Position numbers and translations under genes: made by a program. A model generated the notes under the pieces. It was not told where the DNA came from and did no database searches. It worked only from the letters and a program-made list of their open reading frames with translations. A stretch of DNA of 64,000 nucleotides, taken from positions 96,348,001 to 96,412,000 of the forward strand of contig JAGIQG010000004.1 of NCBI GenBank assembly GCA_024679065.1, read 5' to 3'. Positions 10,343-22,009 of this stretch are shown piece after piece (positions within the stretch are counted from its first letter, which is position 1; each line of letters starts with the position of its first letter). This stretch comes from Sphyrna mokarran. Taxonomy: Eukaryota.

Positions 10343-13300
10343 TATATGTTTATTCCCTGAGTGTGCCAGACATTTGCTGTTGCTTTTTAATTATTTTCAA
10401 ACATCTTGTACCATTTCTCCTGCAGCTCTACTATATATTCATGACTGGAGGATCAACATCTTCCTCACCTATTCTAACTTGCCATTTGACATATCTACCA
10501 AATTTACATCCATTTCTAGATCTCCACACATAAATACACAACAGATATATCTACCCTTGTTACATTTGAGTATTTATACTTGTACCTGTGTATATGTTTT
10601 CAAACAGTTGTATATCATACTTTACTTATATCCATGATGGCACTTGTAATTTTATGTGGGCATGTATGATTGTGGCAATTTTAATTGCTATTGTTGTGAG
10701 TACTTTCTGTATATCATAATAAAATGATGAGGAAAAGAGTCAGTTCTGAGAAAGATGGATTCTGGTTTTAACTTTACACCGGATGCTATTTTTTAAATCC
10801 TGTCTTTCCAGAATTAGCAATCCATAGATATATTCTTAGAGTGTCAATAGATTTAGATCAGTAATTTGAATCAACACTGATAATGATATATATTTCAAAA
10901 TGTTATGGCTGTGTCTTTATTAAAGAAATAAACGTTGCTCATCAATCATCATAAACTGACAGGATGATATGCAAGTATATTGGAAAAACTGTGAAACAGT
11001 ATCTAATTTTGGAACATGTATATTTCTAAACTTACATGTCTTTATTTAGCCAAAGAATCACAGTTAAAAGCAAAGGGAGGATGGGAGAAATCCAGTGTAG
11101 AGCAAGAGAGCACTGAAATTAAACTTGATACTGAATGGGAATCGCAAGAAATCCAACACAGCAATAATGATACAAAGCAGGATCAACAAGAAAAACAAGA
11201 AGCCGATGCTGGCATTGATAACAATATTTGTAGGCATTTTTCTAAACTTTAAAGGACATGCTTAAGGTGCATTCCTGACCTGAATGACAGTCAGCATTTG
11301 CCATTTTAGGGGACATGTCATATGCATATCAATATTCAAAAGTGGTCCAGCAGACTTTGCTGTGAAAATGTAATGTCAACGCCCATGACGAATGGAGTTG
11401 TACAAAGTGCATTAGAACAAAAAAGATGGCTTCAGGCTATACAGGAAGTGTAAAAGGGCTAGGCAGAGCATGGGCCTGCCACTTGAAATATTGAAGTGGG
11501 TCTGGAATAACAAGAGTTAAAAGATATCCATTAAAACAATGAGTAATAGATTTACGAAAATACAAGTGTTTTTTTATTCCTAGTAATTTGAAAGCTTGTC
11601 TCACTGCCAGTTTCATTTCTAGAAAAGTAAATGGTTCTTTATGAGCCAATTCTTTCCATATTCTGTAAGGATTAGTTTAAGACATCTGTGCTTCATCCAC
11701 TACCGAGCTGGTTCCAGTAAAACTTCACACCTGATTTCACATTAAACTACTTCTGTATATTTCTAAATAGAAAGCACGTTTGGGCAAGTAGACCCTTAGA
11801 TTTTCAATGTACTTTTGTTAGTAACAGCTTTCATAGAGCAATGAGGTGATGGTGCTTTCAGTCTGTATTGTCAGAAAAGACAGCCTTGTGTCCAATTTCA
11901 TGAATCTTTAGGTACATTGACAGATGACTGATTGTCTAAAAATACAGTACATTGAGTGTGCCACGATGAATCTTCATGGGAGTATTATATTTCCCTTAGA
12001 CAAAGTGCTCACACTGTCATGTGGTGAGCTTTTGTTTTAGACTCTGATGTCATTGGACAAATCTAATTCTCTCAAGGACCTTGAATTAGGCACCAATCAG
12101 ATTGTACCTCTTTGCATATCACTGAAATAATAATGGGTTTCATAAAGGTTTAATGAGTTCCTGTACATGTGTTATTTTACTAACTGATATAAAGATATGG
12201 TAGCTCACTTAAAAAACATATTTTTATTAAGTACAATTTAACATTTTTATTCAGATTCTTAGTTTAAAATGGAATAAATAAATTTGTAAAATGAATAAAC
12301 AAATTATTTTATTGTATACCATGACATTGGTTTCTTCGTTTTACATTCACACTTACTTTTCAGTCACTTCACCTCTTCTATATACAAGTTACTAGACTGA
12401 AGGCACAAATTTTATATTAATATTGTAGATTTAGAGAGAATGGGTAGGTAATTCTTCTAGACTGTATCTTAGCCTTTGTCTCCAGTAAGTGATGATATAG
12501 TGCTGAGGTAAGGGTTGAGTGCCTATTTTCTGCTCAGCACTTTCCCAGTTCTTTAAAATGTAGAATCTGAGCTCAAGTCTGTGTTTTGAACCTGCTAAGG
12601 TATTCATTGTCTGAACATTATTTTTATCATCTAGAGTTGGTCTAATCTTCGCACATGAATCTGCATGCCTTTCAGAATGCCAAGCTTGCATTGGTAGTCT
12701 AGGTGCATGGTATAAGCATAATTCTGAATGTTTCACCTGTGGATACAGAACAATTTGTGTTCACAGGTGAAATACAATCTGCATGCCCAGGTGGTTTATA
12801 CAGTCTGTGAGAGTTCACAGTCTTTACTTAAATATTCAGCTTTCTTTATTCTTGATGTGAATATGCAGTTGGTGTACACTTACAACACATATGCAATTTT
12901 AGATTAGGATGTTGTTTGTATGTGTCAGCTTCATACTGCTTCTCAGTAAGCACTTTATTTCTATAATCTGTATGCACAAAAGCACACATATTTGGGTTTG
13001 TATGAATTGGTTGCATTGTCTGCATGTCCAGTTTGTGTAATGTCAATGTATGCAGGTGTTGCGTGGAATCTGAGGAATAGTAAACAAATTTTTACGTTTA
13101 TATGTTGTCTTTTGGTCTGCATAGCTTCATGTTGGATGGACGATATACATATGTCACAGACACAATGGTCCCAATATTTATAGGCATTTACATTCGGAAT
13201 GGGGAAGAAATTATGTATGGTTAATGCAGGACATCTTCTACATTTTTTCCAGGATCTCCCCTGACAGCCAGCCTGGTTGTTCTAGTTTGAAAAGGGAGAG

Positions 13301-13839
13301 GCAGGAAAGCCAGTAATAGGGAAGAATTCAGCTTTATTTTTAGCGAAGTCAAGGGAAAGGGGAAAGGTGGTGGTCGCAGGGGTTTAGAGCATGGTCGTGT
13401 TGCTTGCTGCACAGTCTGTTTTAACCCTTATACAGTGGACAAATACTATGAGTAAATGTCTTATTAGTAAACCGATATTTAGTTAAACTCACACAATCAA
13501 TAATCACCCCCTCCTGACCAACAATAATTGTTCTGTCTTAAATTACATAAACTTAAAAATCTTCACTAATTTTTTTTTATTCAGCTGTTTGAGCCTGCTC
13601 CACCACTCAGTTTGATCATGGCTATTCATTGAATTCAGTATCTTTATCCCCTCTCTTCTCCTCTCTTCTCCTCCTATTCCTTGATCCCTTTAACCCCAAC
13701 AGCTAAATCTAATTTAATCTAATTTCTTCTTTGCTCTTGTGAAAGCATCTCAAATCACTCTGCATTATTTTAATTTCCTAACTCTGACAGCAGCCTGGTA
13801 AATCTATGTCATGAACTCTGAAGGTGTAATGTCCTTTCT

Positions 13840-14260
13840 AAAATGGGACATCAAGAGCCAGAACTTCCTGAAATGATATTGGGGATGTGGGATTTCAGTT
13901 ATGTGGAGAGATTAGAGAAACTTTGTTTCTTCTTCTTTAAGCAGAGCAGGATAAAAGGAGCTTTAAAAGAGTTGTTCAAAATTATGAGGAACTCTGAAAA
14001 TAAAGAAAAGATGTTCCCATTGGCAGGATGGTCAGTAACTAGAAGACACCGATTTAGGATAATTGACAAAAGAACTAAAGGAAGAATTTTGTTCACATAG
14101 CAATTTGAAATTGATGCCTGAAAGGCTGATGGAAGCAGTTTCAATAGTAATGTTCTTAAGGGAACACAGTATTTGCTTGAAAAGGAGAAATTTACAGATC
14201 TATCTGGAAAGAGCAGGTGGGATAACATGAACGTCAGCACAATGGGCTGAATGCACTGTC
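13840..14260 (+). mobile_element. CR1 LINE ORF2 3' fragment
   Basis: Translates GMWDFSYVERLEKLCFFFFKQSRIKGALKELFKIMR...FPLAGWSVTRRHRFRI, the CR1 ORF2 C-terminal pattern ([24 protein letters not shown]). Confidence 0.8.
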
Positions 14261-14689
14261 ATATTCGATAACTTCGTTATGGTCTAGCTAATATTTTATG
14301 CAAATTATGTGTTACTTCTGTGGCCGTTTTTCTCTACACTCCATGGCACTGTTGAGTTTTTTACTGGACTTATCAATTCACATTTGCACTATGGGCATTT
14401 ATGTATTTGAATGCCAAGGTTTATTCTGTTCATGTTTCAGTCTTTCAATTGAATATATCCTTTTATCATTCACTTTTCCTCCTGAAATGTATGGTCTCAT
14501 ACATGTTCATGTTAAATTGGACTCTCCACCTACTTGCCCATTCCACCACCCTGTTTACATTTTCCCTAAGTCCTTCTCTTTGTTTTTGAAATGTTCTGCA
14601 TATGCATCAGAAAAAAAGGTCTTTCTTTTGTTCAAAACTAAATTTGTGTTTTAACATATTATAATGAGCATCTCAAACAAGGGACACTC

Positions 14690-15625
14690 GTTCCACCTCA
14701 CCTTGACATGTTATTACCATCGCTAAATCTGTCATCTTCAATAATTTAGCGGTGGTCACCATTAACCAGAAACTATACCACATAAATTACATGGTCAGAG
14801 GCTGATAAATTCTGCACTGAGTAACTCACCTCCTGATTTCTCAAATTTCTTCCATCGCCTAGAAAGCACAAGTCAGGTGTGCATTGAAATGCTTTTCACT
14901 TGCTTAGATGAGGATAGCTCCAACAGTACTAATGGAGTTTACACATTCCAGGATAAAGCAGCCTACTAGATTCACACCCTGTCAATCACCTTAGATGTTC
15001 ATTCATTCAACAACTGGTGCACTTTGGCTGCAAAATACACCTTTTCAAGATGTTGTATAGCAACTTGCCAAGGTTTCATTGACATCATCATCCCAACTTG
15101 TTAACTGTCCATAGAAAGGACATGTGCAGCAGGAAGACGATAAGACCATCAGATATAGGAGCAGAATTAGGACATTGATAAATTTCTCAGCTCCATTCTC
15201 CTGCTTTTACCTCATAACCCCTGATCCCTTTACCAATCAAGAACCTATCCAGTTCTGTCTTAAATAACCTGGCCTTCATAGCAATGAATTCCATTGATTC
15301 ATCACCCACTGGGTAAAGAAATTCCTTCCCATCTCAGTTCTAAAGGGTTGCTCTTTTACACTGAGGCTATGCCCTTGGATCCTAGTCTCTCCATCTAATG
15401 AATGGGCACACAGTCACTTGCAAGTTTTCCCCTAAGCCACATACCATTGTGATTTGAAAATATATCACTGTTCCTTCAATGTCGCTGGGTCAAAAAGCTA
15501 GAACTTCACCCTATGGACTGTAGTGGTTCAAGAAAGTGGCTTGGACCCCCCCTTCTCAGGGCCAGTTATGAATAGGCAACAAATGTTGGCCTTGCCAGCA
15601 ATATCCAATTCCCATGAAAAAATAT
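14690..15625 (+). mobile_element. Decayed CR1-group LINE 3' end interrupted by an antisense CR1 3' fragment (~15140-15400)
   Basis: Collinear with 22010-22760 (gtaactcacctcctga, caagtcagg, ggataaagcagcc, ggcaacaaatgttggcc tail). The insert begins ataagaccatcagatataggagcagaattagg. Confidence 0.7.
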
Positions 15626-16391
15626 TTTAAAAATATTGGGAGCAGAAGTGGACTTAACTCTGGCCTGAGGGGGAAGTCACTTCCTCCTATCAGATCAATA
15701 TCCACTTTACTAGCTCTTTGCCCTTGCTGTTTATGTGCTAACATTTTATACATACTGCTAAACTTCTTAAAACTAAATTCTTCTAAAATATTGGAATTAG
15801 TAAAAAGAATGATTACATTGAATTCAGTGTCATGTTTGTAATAGAAGAACATCAATCTTATGGGCTAGTTATATAACACTTTTGCATTAATTGTTTTAAC
15901 TCCATATCAACACAATTTGTGCAGTGTAAGCCAAGCACAAATCCATCTGAGTCTAATTTAAAACACACTTGTATTATAGCATTGCAAAAGATCACAGGTA
16001 CTTGATTCTCCTTCTGTTTGCACACTTATAGTAACACACTATTCCATAGATCTGCCACTGAATTTGGCATTCAGACCTCTTGTTGATACCTAATAAAGAA
16101 GAAAGACAAGGAAGGGATGTGATACCATTAGACTGGCATAGGCTACTGTTCAGAAATTGGTTTTACAGTGTTAGAACCTTGTAATCTAGCAGTGTTAGAC
16201 TATGAATGGAGCTGTATACATGTTGATCTGTTGTTGAATTAGCTGCAATAAAACTACAATTGATTGTCCTATTTGTTTTTGTTCACTTTAAAAGTTAATT
16301 AACATTTGATATCAGTACTTCTCATCTTGATTGATCTGTTTGTTATGTAGAAAGCCTGAAAACACTTGAGAGGAGGGTTCTCAATTGACTG

Positions 16392-16630
16392 AGATTTGGA
16401 GCATTTTACTTATTACAGAGTAAGTAGCCTCACAACACCAAGCTAAATCCAACAGGTTTATTTGGTAACACAAGCTTTCGGAGCATTGCCCCTTCATCAG
16501 GTGCCTCACCTGATAAAGGGGCAAAGCTCCAAAAGCTCGTGCTACCAAATAAACCTGTTGGACTTTAACTTGGTATTGTGAAATTATTTACTGTGTCTAC
16601 CCCAGTCCAACGCCAGCAACTCCAAATCAT
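16392..16630. mobile_element. Penelope-derived fold-back element: two inverted pLTR-like arms around a 3-nt loop
   Basis: 16419-16503 is an imperfect inverse of 16507-16592, centred on caggtg-cct-cacctg. Terminal gatttggag (~16393) matches ctccaaatc (~16620). Confidence 0.75.
16469..16503 (-). ncRNA. Minimal type-I hammerhead ribozyme motif, intact core
   Basis: Minus strand reads CAC-CUGAUGA-A-GGGGC-AAU-GCUCC-GAAA-GCUU-GUG: catalytic boxes, stem II, stem I CAC/GUG, palindromic AGCU stem III. Confidence 0.72.
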
Positions 16631-18981
16631 GAATTATTATAGAGTCATGTGAATATTTGTGCCAAGCAGGCCAGAAAAATGTAAAGAACCTAAGTGTAAT
16701 TTTTATAAGCAAAGAACTAGGTTGGATTCCAGAATGTACATTTGATAGAGAGTATCCAATCTCTGGAACAAGTTGGCATGTCCAATGAGTGTGGAATGAT
16801 AACAAGGGTGCTGTACAAAGTTCCAACATGTCTAAGTGTAGGAGGATAAACAAATAAAGGGAGGTTGTGTCACTCTTTCACTACTATCTCCTTGAGCTTG
16901 TTTGATTGCTTTTAAGGATTAGTGTTGCTTTCTGAGTTTTCCCCAAATTGGTTTTAGTTTTTTTTTTCCCTCTGGTATTAAGCCTCTCTCTGGAGATAGA
17001 GTGTTTTGGGCAGGGGAGGATGGTGGTGTGCAGAGTTATTGCATGCCAGAATAGAACAGGCTTCAGAGACCAGCTGGTCTGAATCTGTCCTTTTTTTTTC
17101 ATCTAGTTGTGTTCCAACACTCTCAGTGCAATATAAAGTGGATGATTCACAGAATGAACACTGAGTAAGTAGATCAGTGAAAGGAGGCTCGGGAGGGTGC
17201 AATAGGAATGTTCACAAGTAGCTGAATACCTGCAGCCTGAGGCAGTAAATTGGCTGTCTTCCCCATGCTGCCATTGTTTGAGTGGAAGGGGCACTACAGA
17301 TGCATTATAAATGCTGTTTATAAACAGCATGTTGTCACTTTGTGCAACAGATGGGTGAAGTCTGTGTGTAATAAGATTGCTGTTTCCTGCCTAGGGCGAG
17401 CTGGCCCACACACAGATGACATCACATGGCCATTCAAACATGCTGCGTGTTGTATTGTGAGGTCACTGTGTACAACATGAAGCTAAAGTTGAATATTTCA
17501 ATAACTTTCAACAGAACTACTTAAAACTTAAAGGTACCAACTGTTGGAACTGCTCAACATCACTGTAAACAGGTGCTGGTACAGAGGCACAACATGCTGC
17601 TTTACAGTAAAATAATCATACCATAGTGAAGTGTGTTAGTCTGATAAATGAAACTTCTTTGAACTGATTTGCAATGTTTTGAGTGTGAGAAACATGTTGG
17701 AGGGAATATTACCAAAAAAAGGGCAGTGTTGGTTCCAATGGTTAAATTGGTGCATTTTTCTGCAAAGAAACTGATTAGTTTACTGTACAGATACTGCCAA
17801 ACTCTACCAAAAAAAAAATCAAAGGGGTGTGTTTCACACCTTTATAAAGAGAGGCAGGGTCTAAACATGTTTGCAGAACCAGACTGTATAGACATCAGCT
17901 CGCCATCTTTAAAGGTTGCCTCAATCAGACCTGCAATAAACCTCTCCCCACTCCAACACTGAGGCCTCAGGAATTCCCTCCCCATTCCCCTTCGAAGTCG
18001 GCATTAGCTTCTTCTCCTACCTCTTGCACATGTTCGTTGGCCCCATTACTTCTTCCCTCTGGCAATCATCAGCCCCTTCTCCCAGCCTTCACAATTATTG
18101 GACCCCTCCCCTCCCTGCAGTCATCAACCATTTCTCCTTCCCTCTTCCAGCAATCATTGACTCTTGTCCCCACCAAATTAAGTTTTTAAAATTAATCCAG
18201 GAATTCAGAGCTCTGGTTGAGTGTTGGGTGACAGAACAATAACCACAAGCAGTCTCAGCCTATTAAAAATATCAGACAAGGTGGTCTTCCCATCACCACT
18301 TCCTGCAACAGTCACCGACATCCTCTTCTGGTTGGACTGCTCCTGGTCCATAGCCAGAGCTGCATGAATTTCACCCACCCCCCCATAATGTGGGTCCCAC
18401 TGGACTCTCTCCTTGGCACAAGTTGGCAGTGCTAGGTTAGCATGGTGCCAATCTATGCCGAGGGGCAGTGCCAGGCACTTTCTAGATGCTATACTTACTT
18501 TAATGCCCTCAGGAAGACTCTTGTGAGAGGTTCATATCTGTGTAAACTTGTTGTAAACCACGGTGATATGACCTCATGTTGGCACGGTTTGAAAATAGAG
18601 CACAGGATCAAGAAATGTTGGTGTGAGAAGATGAGGGTGTAATGATATTAAAATGCATGAAACTTTGTTATGGACATGAGAGATGGGGAAGATACAAAGC
18701 TGCATTCCCACTGGTGAGAACTGTGACTTCCAGATCTTGAACCTTTGTTGGCAACCTCACAGACATCAAACCAAGGCTCATAATTTCACCTGTTTTATAA
18801 TGCTTTGTTAAAACCATTATGCCCTACTGCATGGAGTAAGATGCTATAAAACACTGCAACAAATCCTACTGCGACATCCTAAAATATGGAACTGACAAAA
18901 CACTTAATGCACATTGACATACTTTAATACATTATAATGGGCTCGTAGTACAGAATTTGAGTATTATTGAAAAAAGTGACA

Positions 18982-19852
18982 TGTCCAGTTCTGGTCGCCT
19001 TACTACCGGAAGGATGTGGAGGCCCTGGAGAGAGTGCAGAGGAGATTTACCAGGATGCTGCCTGGTATGGAAAGGCTGTCTTACGAGGAAAGATTGAACG
19101 CACTGGGGTTGTTTTCCCTTGAAAGACGTCGGCTGAGAGGGATCTATTAGAGGTATATAAGATTATGAGGGGTATAGATAGAGTAAATGGTGGTAAGCTT
19201 TTTCCACCATTAGAAAAGGATAGAACGAGGGGTCACGGCCTTAGGGTGAGGGGGGCTATGTATAAGATAAATATTAGAGGGCAGTTTTTCACACAAAGGG
19301 TAGTGGGGGTGTGGAATGCACTACCAAGTAAGGTGGTGGGAGCAGGCATGCTAGGGGTGTTTAAGGGTCTCTTGGACAGCCACATGAGTGGTCTGCAGAT
19401 AGAGGGACATAGTAGGACTGTTTAAATATCCTATTTGTTTCCACAGGATGTTCGGTCCACCTTGTTGACCAACAAGGGCATGCATGCGGCAGGTCATGCG
19501 AGAGCTGCTCTTGGATGTTGCTTCAGGAGTGGCCTAGTGCTTCACGTCGTTAGTGTATGCTTATACTGGACCATCTGATGGGCACCATGACAGCTCAGGG
19601 ACTATCGCTGTTGCTCTGCAGACACATGGATTTGGGCCTGTGTCTGCGGGAGTTTGCGCGTTCTCCCTGTGGTTGCGTAGATTTTCTCCGGGTGCTCTGG
19701 TTTCCTCCCACATCCCAAAAATGTGCTCTTAGGCTGATTGGGTAACAAATTGGTCCCTATATGTCATTAAGACGTTAGGATGGCGGCGTGGGCTCGTTGG
19801 GCCAAAGGGCCTGTTTCCGGTGCTGTGTTGTTCTTTGTTCTTTGTTCTTTGT
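18982..19852 (+). mobile_element. 5'-truncated young CR1 LINE with an embedded V-SINE body in its 3' UTR and a (GTTCTTT)n tail
   Basis: [52 protein letters not shown] (one frameshift), then ORF 19165-19425. V-domain at ~19640-19745; tail repeats to ~19852. Confidence 0.88.
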
Positions 19853-19980
19853 CAAAGCTTTTTATCTTGCAATCATCAAAACACCAGTGTAAGGTTATTA
19901 TTTCTCCCCTTATACACTCTTACAAAGTGTTCTGATGAATGCCAGACAAAAAGCTTTGATATGTCTATTTTTTCATTATA
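19851..19980. mobile_element. Small inverted-repeat element whose left arm is split by the CR1 insertion (outer part at ~18965-18985)
   Basis: gtcaaagctttttatcttgcaatcatcaaaacac (19851-19884) is inverse to gtgttctgatgaatgccagacaaaaagctttgat (19927-19960). tattgaaaaaagtgacatgtc is inverse to gatatgtctattttttcatta. Confidence 0.65.
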
Positions 19981-20675
19981 TTGAAGCACCGCATCTTCAA
20001 TTGGTATCCTGTGTAACACACATTAAAACAGGTTTTCCACAGCACTGCTTACAGTATGCTTTGATATCCTGGACATGACTTTGATTTGAATGTTAATTGA
20101 CTGATCCTTGGCTAGTCTACTGCTGCCCAGCAGGAAGGTACCAATTTGATATGACTTACCAATATACCTGAGCATAGGGTAGCGTGTGCTGATATCTCTT
20201 TAAATGGTAGGGGTGACTGAGTTGTTGGAGTTGTTGCTTTATTAAACACACAAGTGAACTTACACGATTTACAGGAGCTTTATGAATCTGTTACTTCTCT
20301 GGAGAGAGAGAAAGAAAACAAATGGATTGACTGGTGCACATTTCACAATAGCTTTCTGTTGTGGTATTCATATTTCTACCTGCAGCTCCAGTGTTGTCGA
20401 GTTTTTGGTGATGCTCTTGCATTAATTGTCTCAAAACTTGTACCTATCACATCATGAGATCTGCTTGGCTTTCTTTAGCAAACACACATCCTGTCCTTTC
20501 AACAGCCCAATGACTTTGAAATGTATCACCATGATTTTAAATGCACATACTTTCAAAAGCCAGGTTAACCACTCAAAGCTATTGCTTTGATATCTTCGTA
20601 CCTGCAATCATAAACACATGTCACTTTCAGAGAATCCCTCCTGATGTTATAAATTGGAACTTGCAGTCTTTACAT

Positions 20676-21088
20676 ATGATATGGAGATGCTGGTATTGGA
20701 CTGGGATAAGCACAGTAAGAAGTCTCACAACACCGGTTAAAGTCCAACAGGTTTATTTGGCAGCACAAGCTTTCGGAGAACTGCTCCTTCATCAGGTGAC
20801 TGAGAACTTATATTCACAAACAGGGCATGTGTCAGACACAATATCAATTTACAAGATAATTGTTGGAATGTGAATCTTTACATGTAATCAAATCTTAAAA
20901 ATATAGACAATGTGAATGGAGAGAGGCCAAGCACATGTTAAAGAGATCTGTATTGTCTCCAGCAAGGACAGTTAATGAGATTTTGCACAAGTCCTCACTC
21001 ACTTGATGAAGAAACGGTGCTTCAAAAGCTTGTGCTGCCAAATAAATCTACTGGAATTTAACCCGGTGTTGTGACACTTCTTACTGTA
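20676..21088. mobile_element. Penelope-derived element with inverted pLTR-like arms (~20710-20799 and 20999-21088)
   Basis: Same arm sequence as 16392-16630 (cacaacacc..ttaaagtccaacaggtttatttgg..cacaagctttcggag..ccttcatcaggtga), separated by ~200 nt. Confidence 0.75.
20764..20798 (-). ncRNA. Minimal type-I hammerhead ribozyme motif, intact core
   Basis: Minus strand reads CAC-CUGAUGA-A-GGAG-CAGUU-CUCC-GAAA-GCUU-GUG. Confidence 0.75.
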
Positions 21089-22009
21089 CTTTATACATGA
21101 TACTGATCAGGTTTCACCGGTCCTTTCCATTTCCTGTTGAACATCTAACACACAACAAATGTTCTTTTATGGTTTGCAGTTCCAAGAGAACTTCAGTTGC
21201 CTGAGCTACATCTTGTTTCTGTCTCTAACAATAACTTAGCCTGGCCACATGCAGCAAACTCCATTTGCTGCTTCAGTGATTGGTGTCTGATGTGTCACTA
21301 TCTGCCTTGTTCTCACTCCTGGTTGAGATATTTCAGAAGACCAAAGTTTTCGTGGGCTTTGTGGAACTTCTTCCACTTTTCTCAGTTCTTGCAGTGTGAC
21401 TTTCATGAACCAGAGATTATTGAGTATACTGTGCATGTGCTTTAGTCTTTAAAACCACATAGACTACAAATACATCCAAACTGTTTTAAACTGTCATTAT
21501 TCTTCGAATGTCAGGTGATGGGAAACAATCTTTACACATTTATAAATACTTAATTATAAAGACACACTTTACAAATATTTACACCCTCATCCAGCAACCA
21601 GCTTCAGTTTCTTCCTTTCGTAAGCGTGCAAGTTAATGCCCTCCATCTGCATAGTCAATAGATTTAACATTCAAGAAACGGATTCTCCTCTCTTCCTCTT
21701 TAAATAAAAATAAGCACAGCCAAAATTTCAAAACAGCTTCAACCAGGTCTCCATGTTGTGTCCTAAGTATTATTTCATAATACCCCCTCCTTTAGCACTG
21801 TTAGTAATTTCTTTAAACATATGTTTTTTTAAAGAAAATCAGATCTTTGTTAAAAGAAAATGACTTGCATAAACCCCTTTAATTTATAAATTTTTTTTCT
21901 CACCAATATTTATTTTAAGCTAGCAAGGCCAGTCTGTAATCTTTTCTCACTCACACTTTTTATTAAGTATTAAGCGTATATTATCCTTGAAAGAACACTT
22001 ATTTATGTC

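Noticed and set aside
16507-16545. Plus-strand hammerheads in the right arms (also ~21000-21035, 58066-58105)
   Set aside because: Catalytic boxes are mutated (CTGATAA/AAAA, TTGATGA/CAAA, GAAG), so they are not called as ribozymes.
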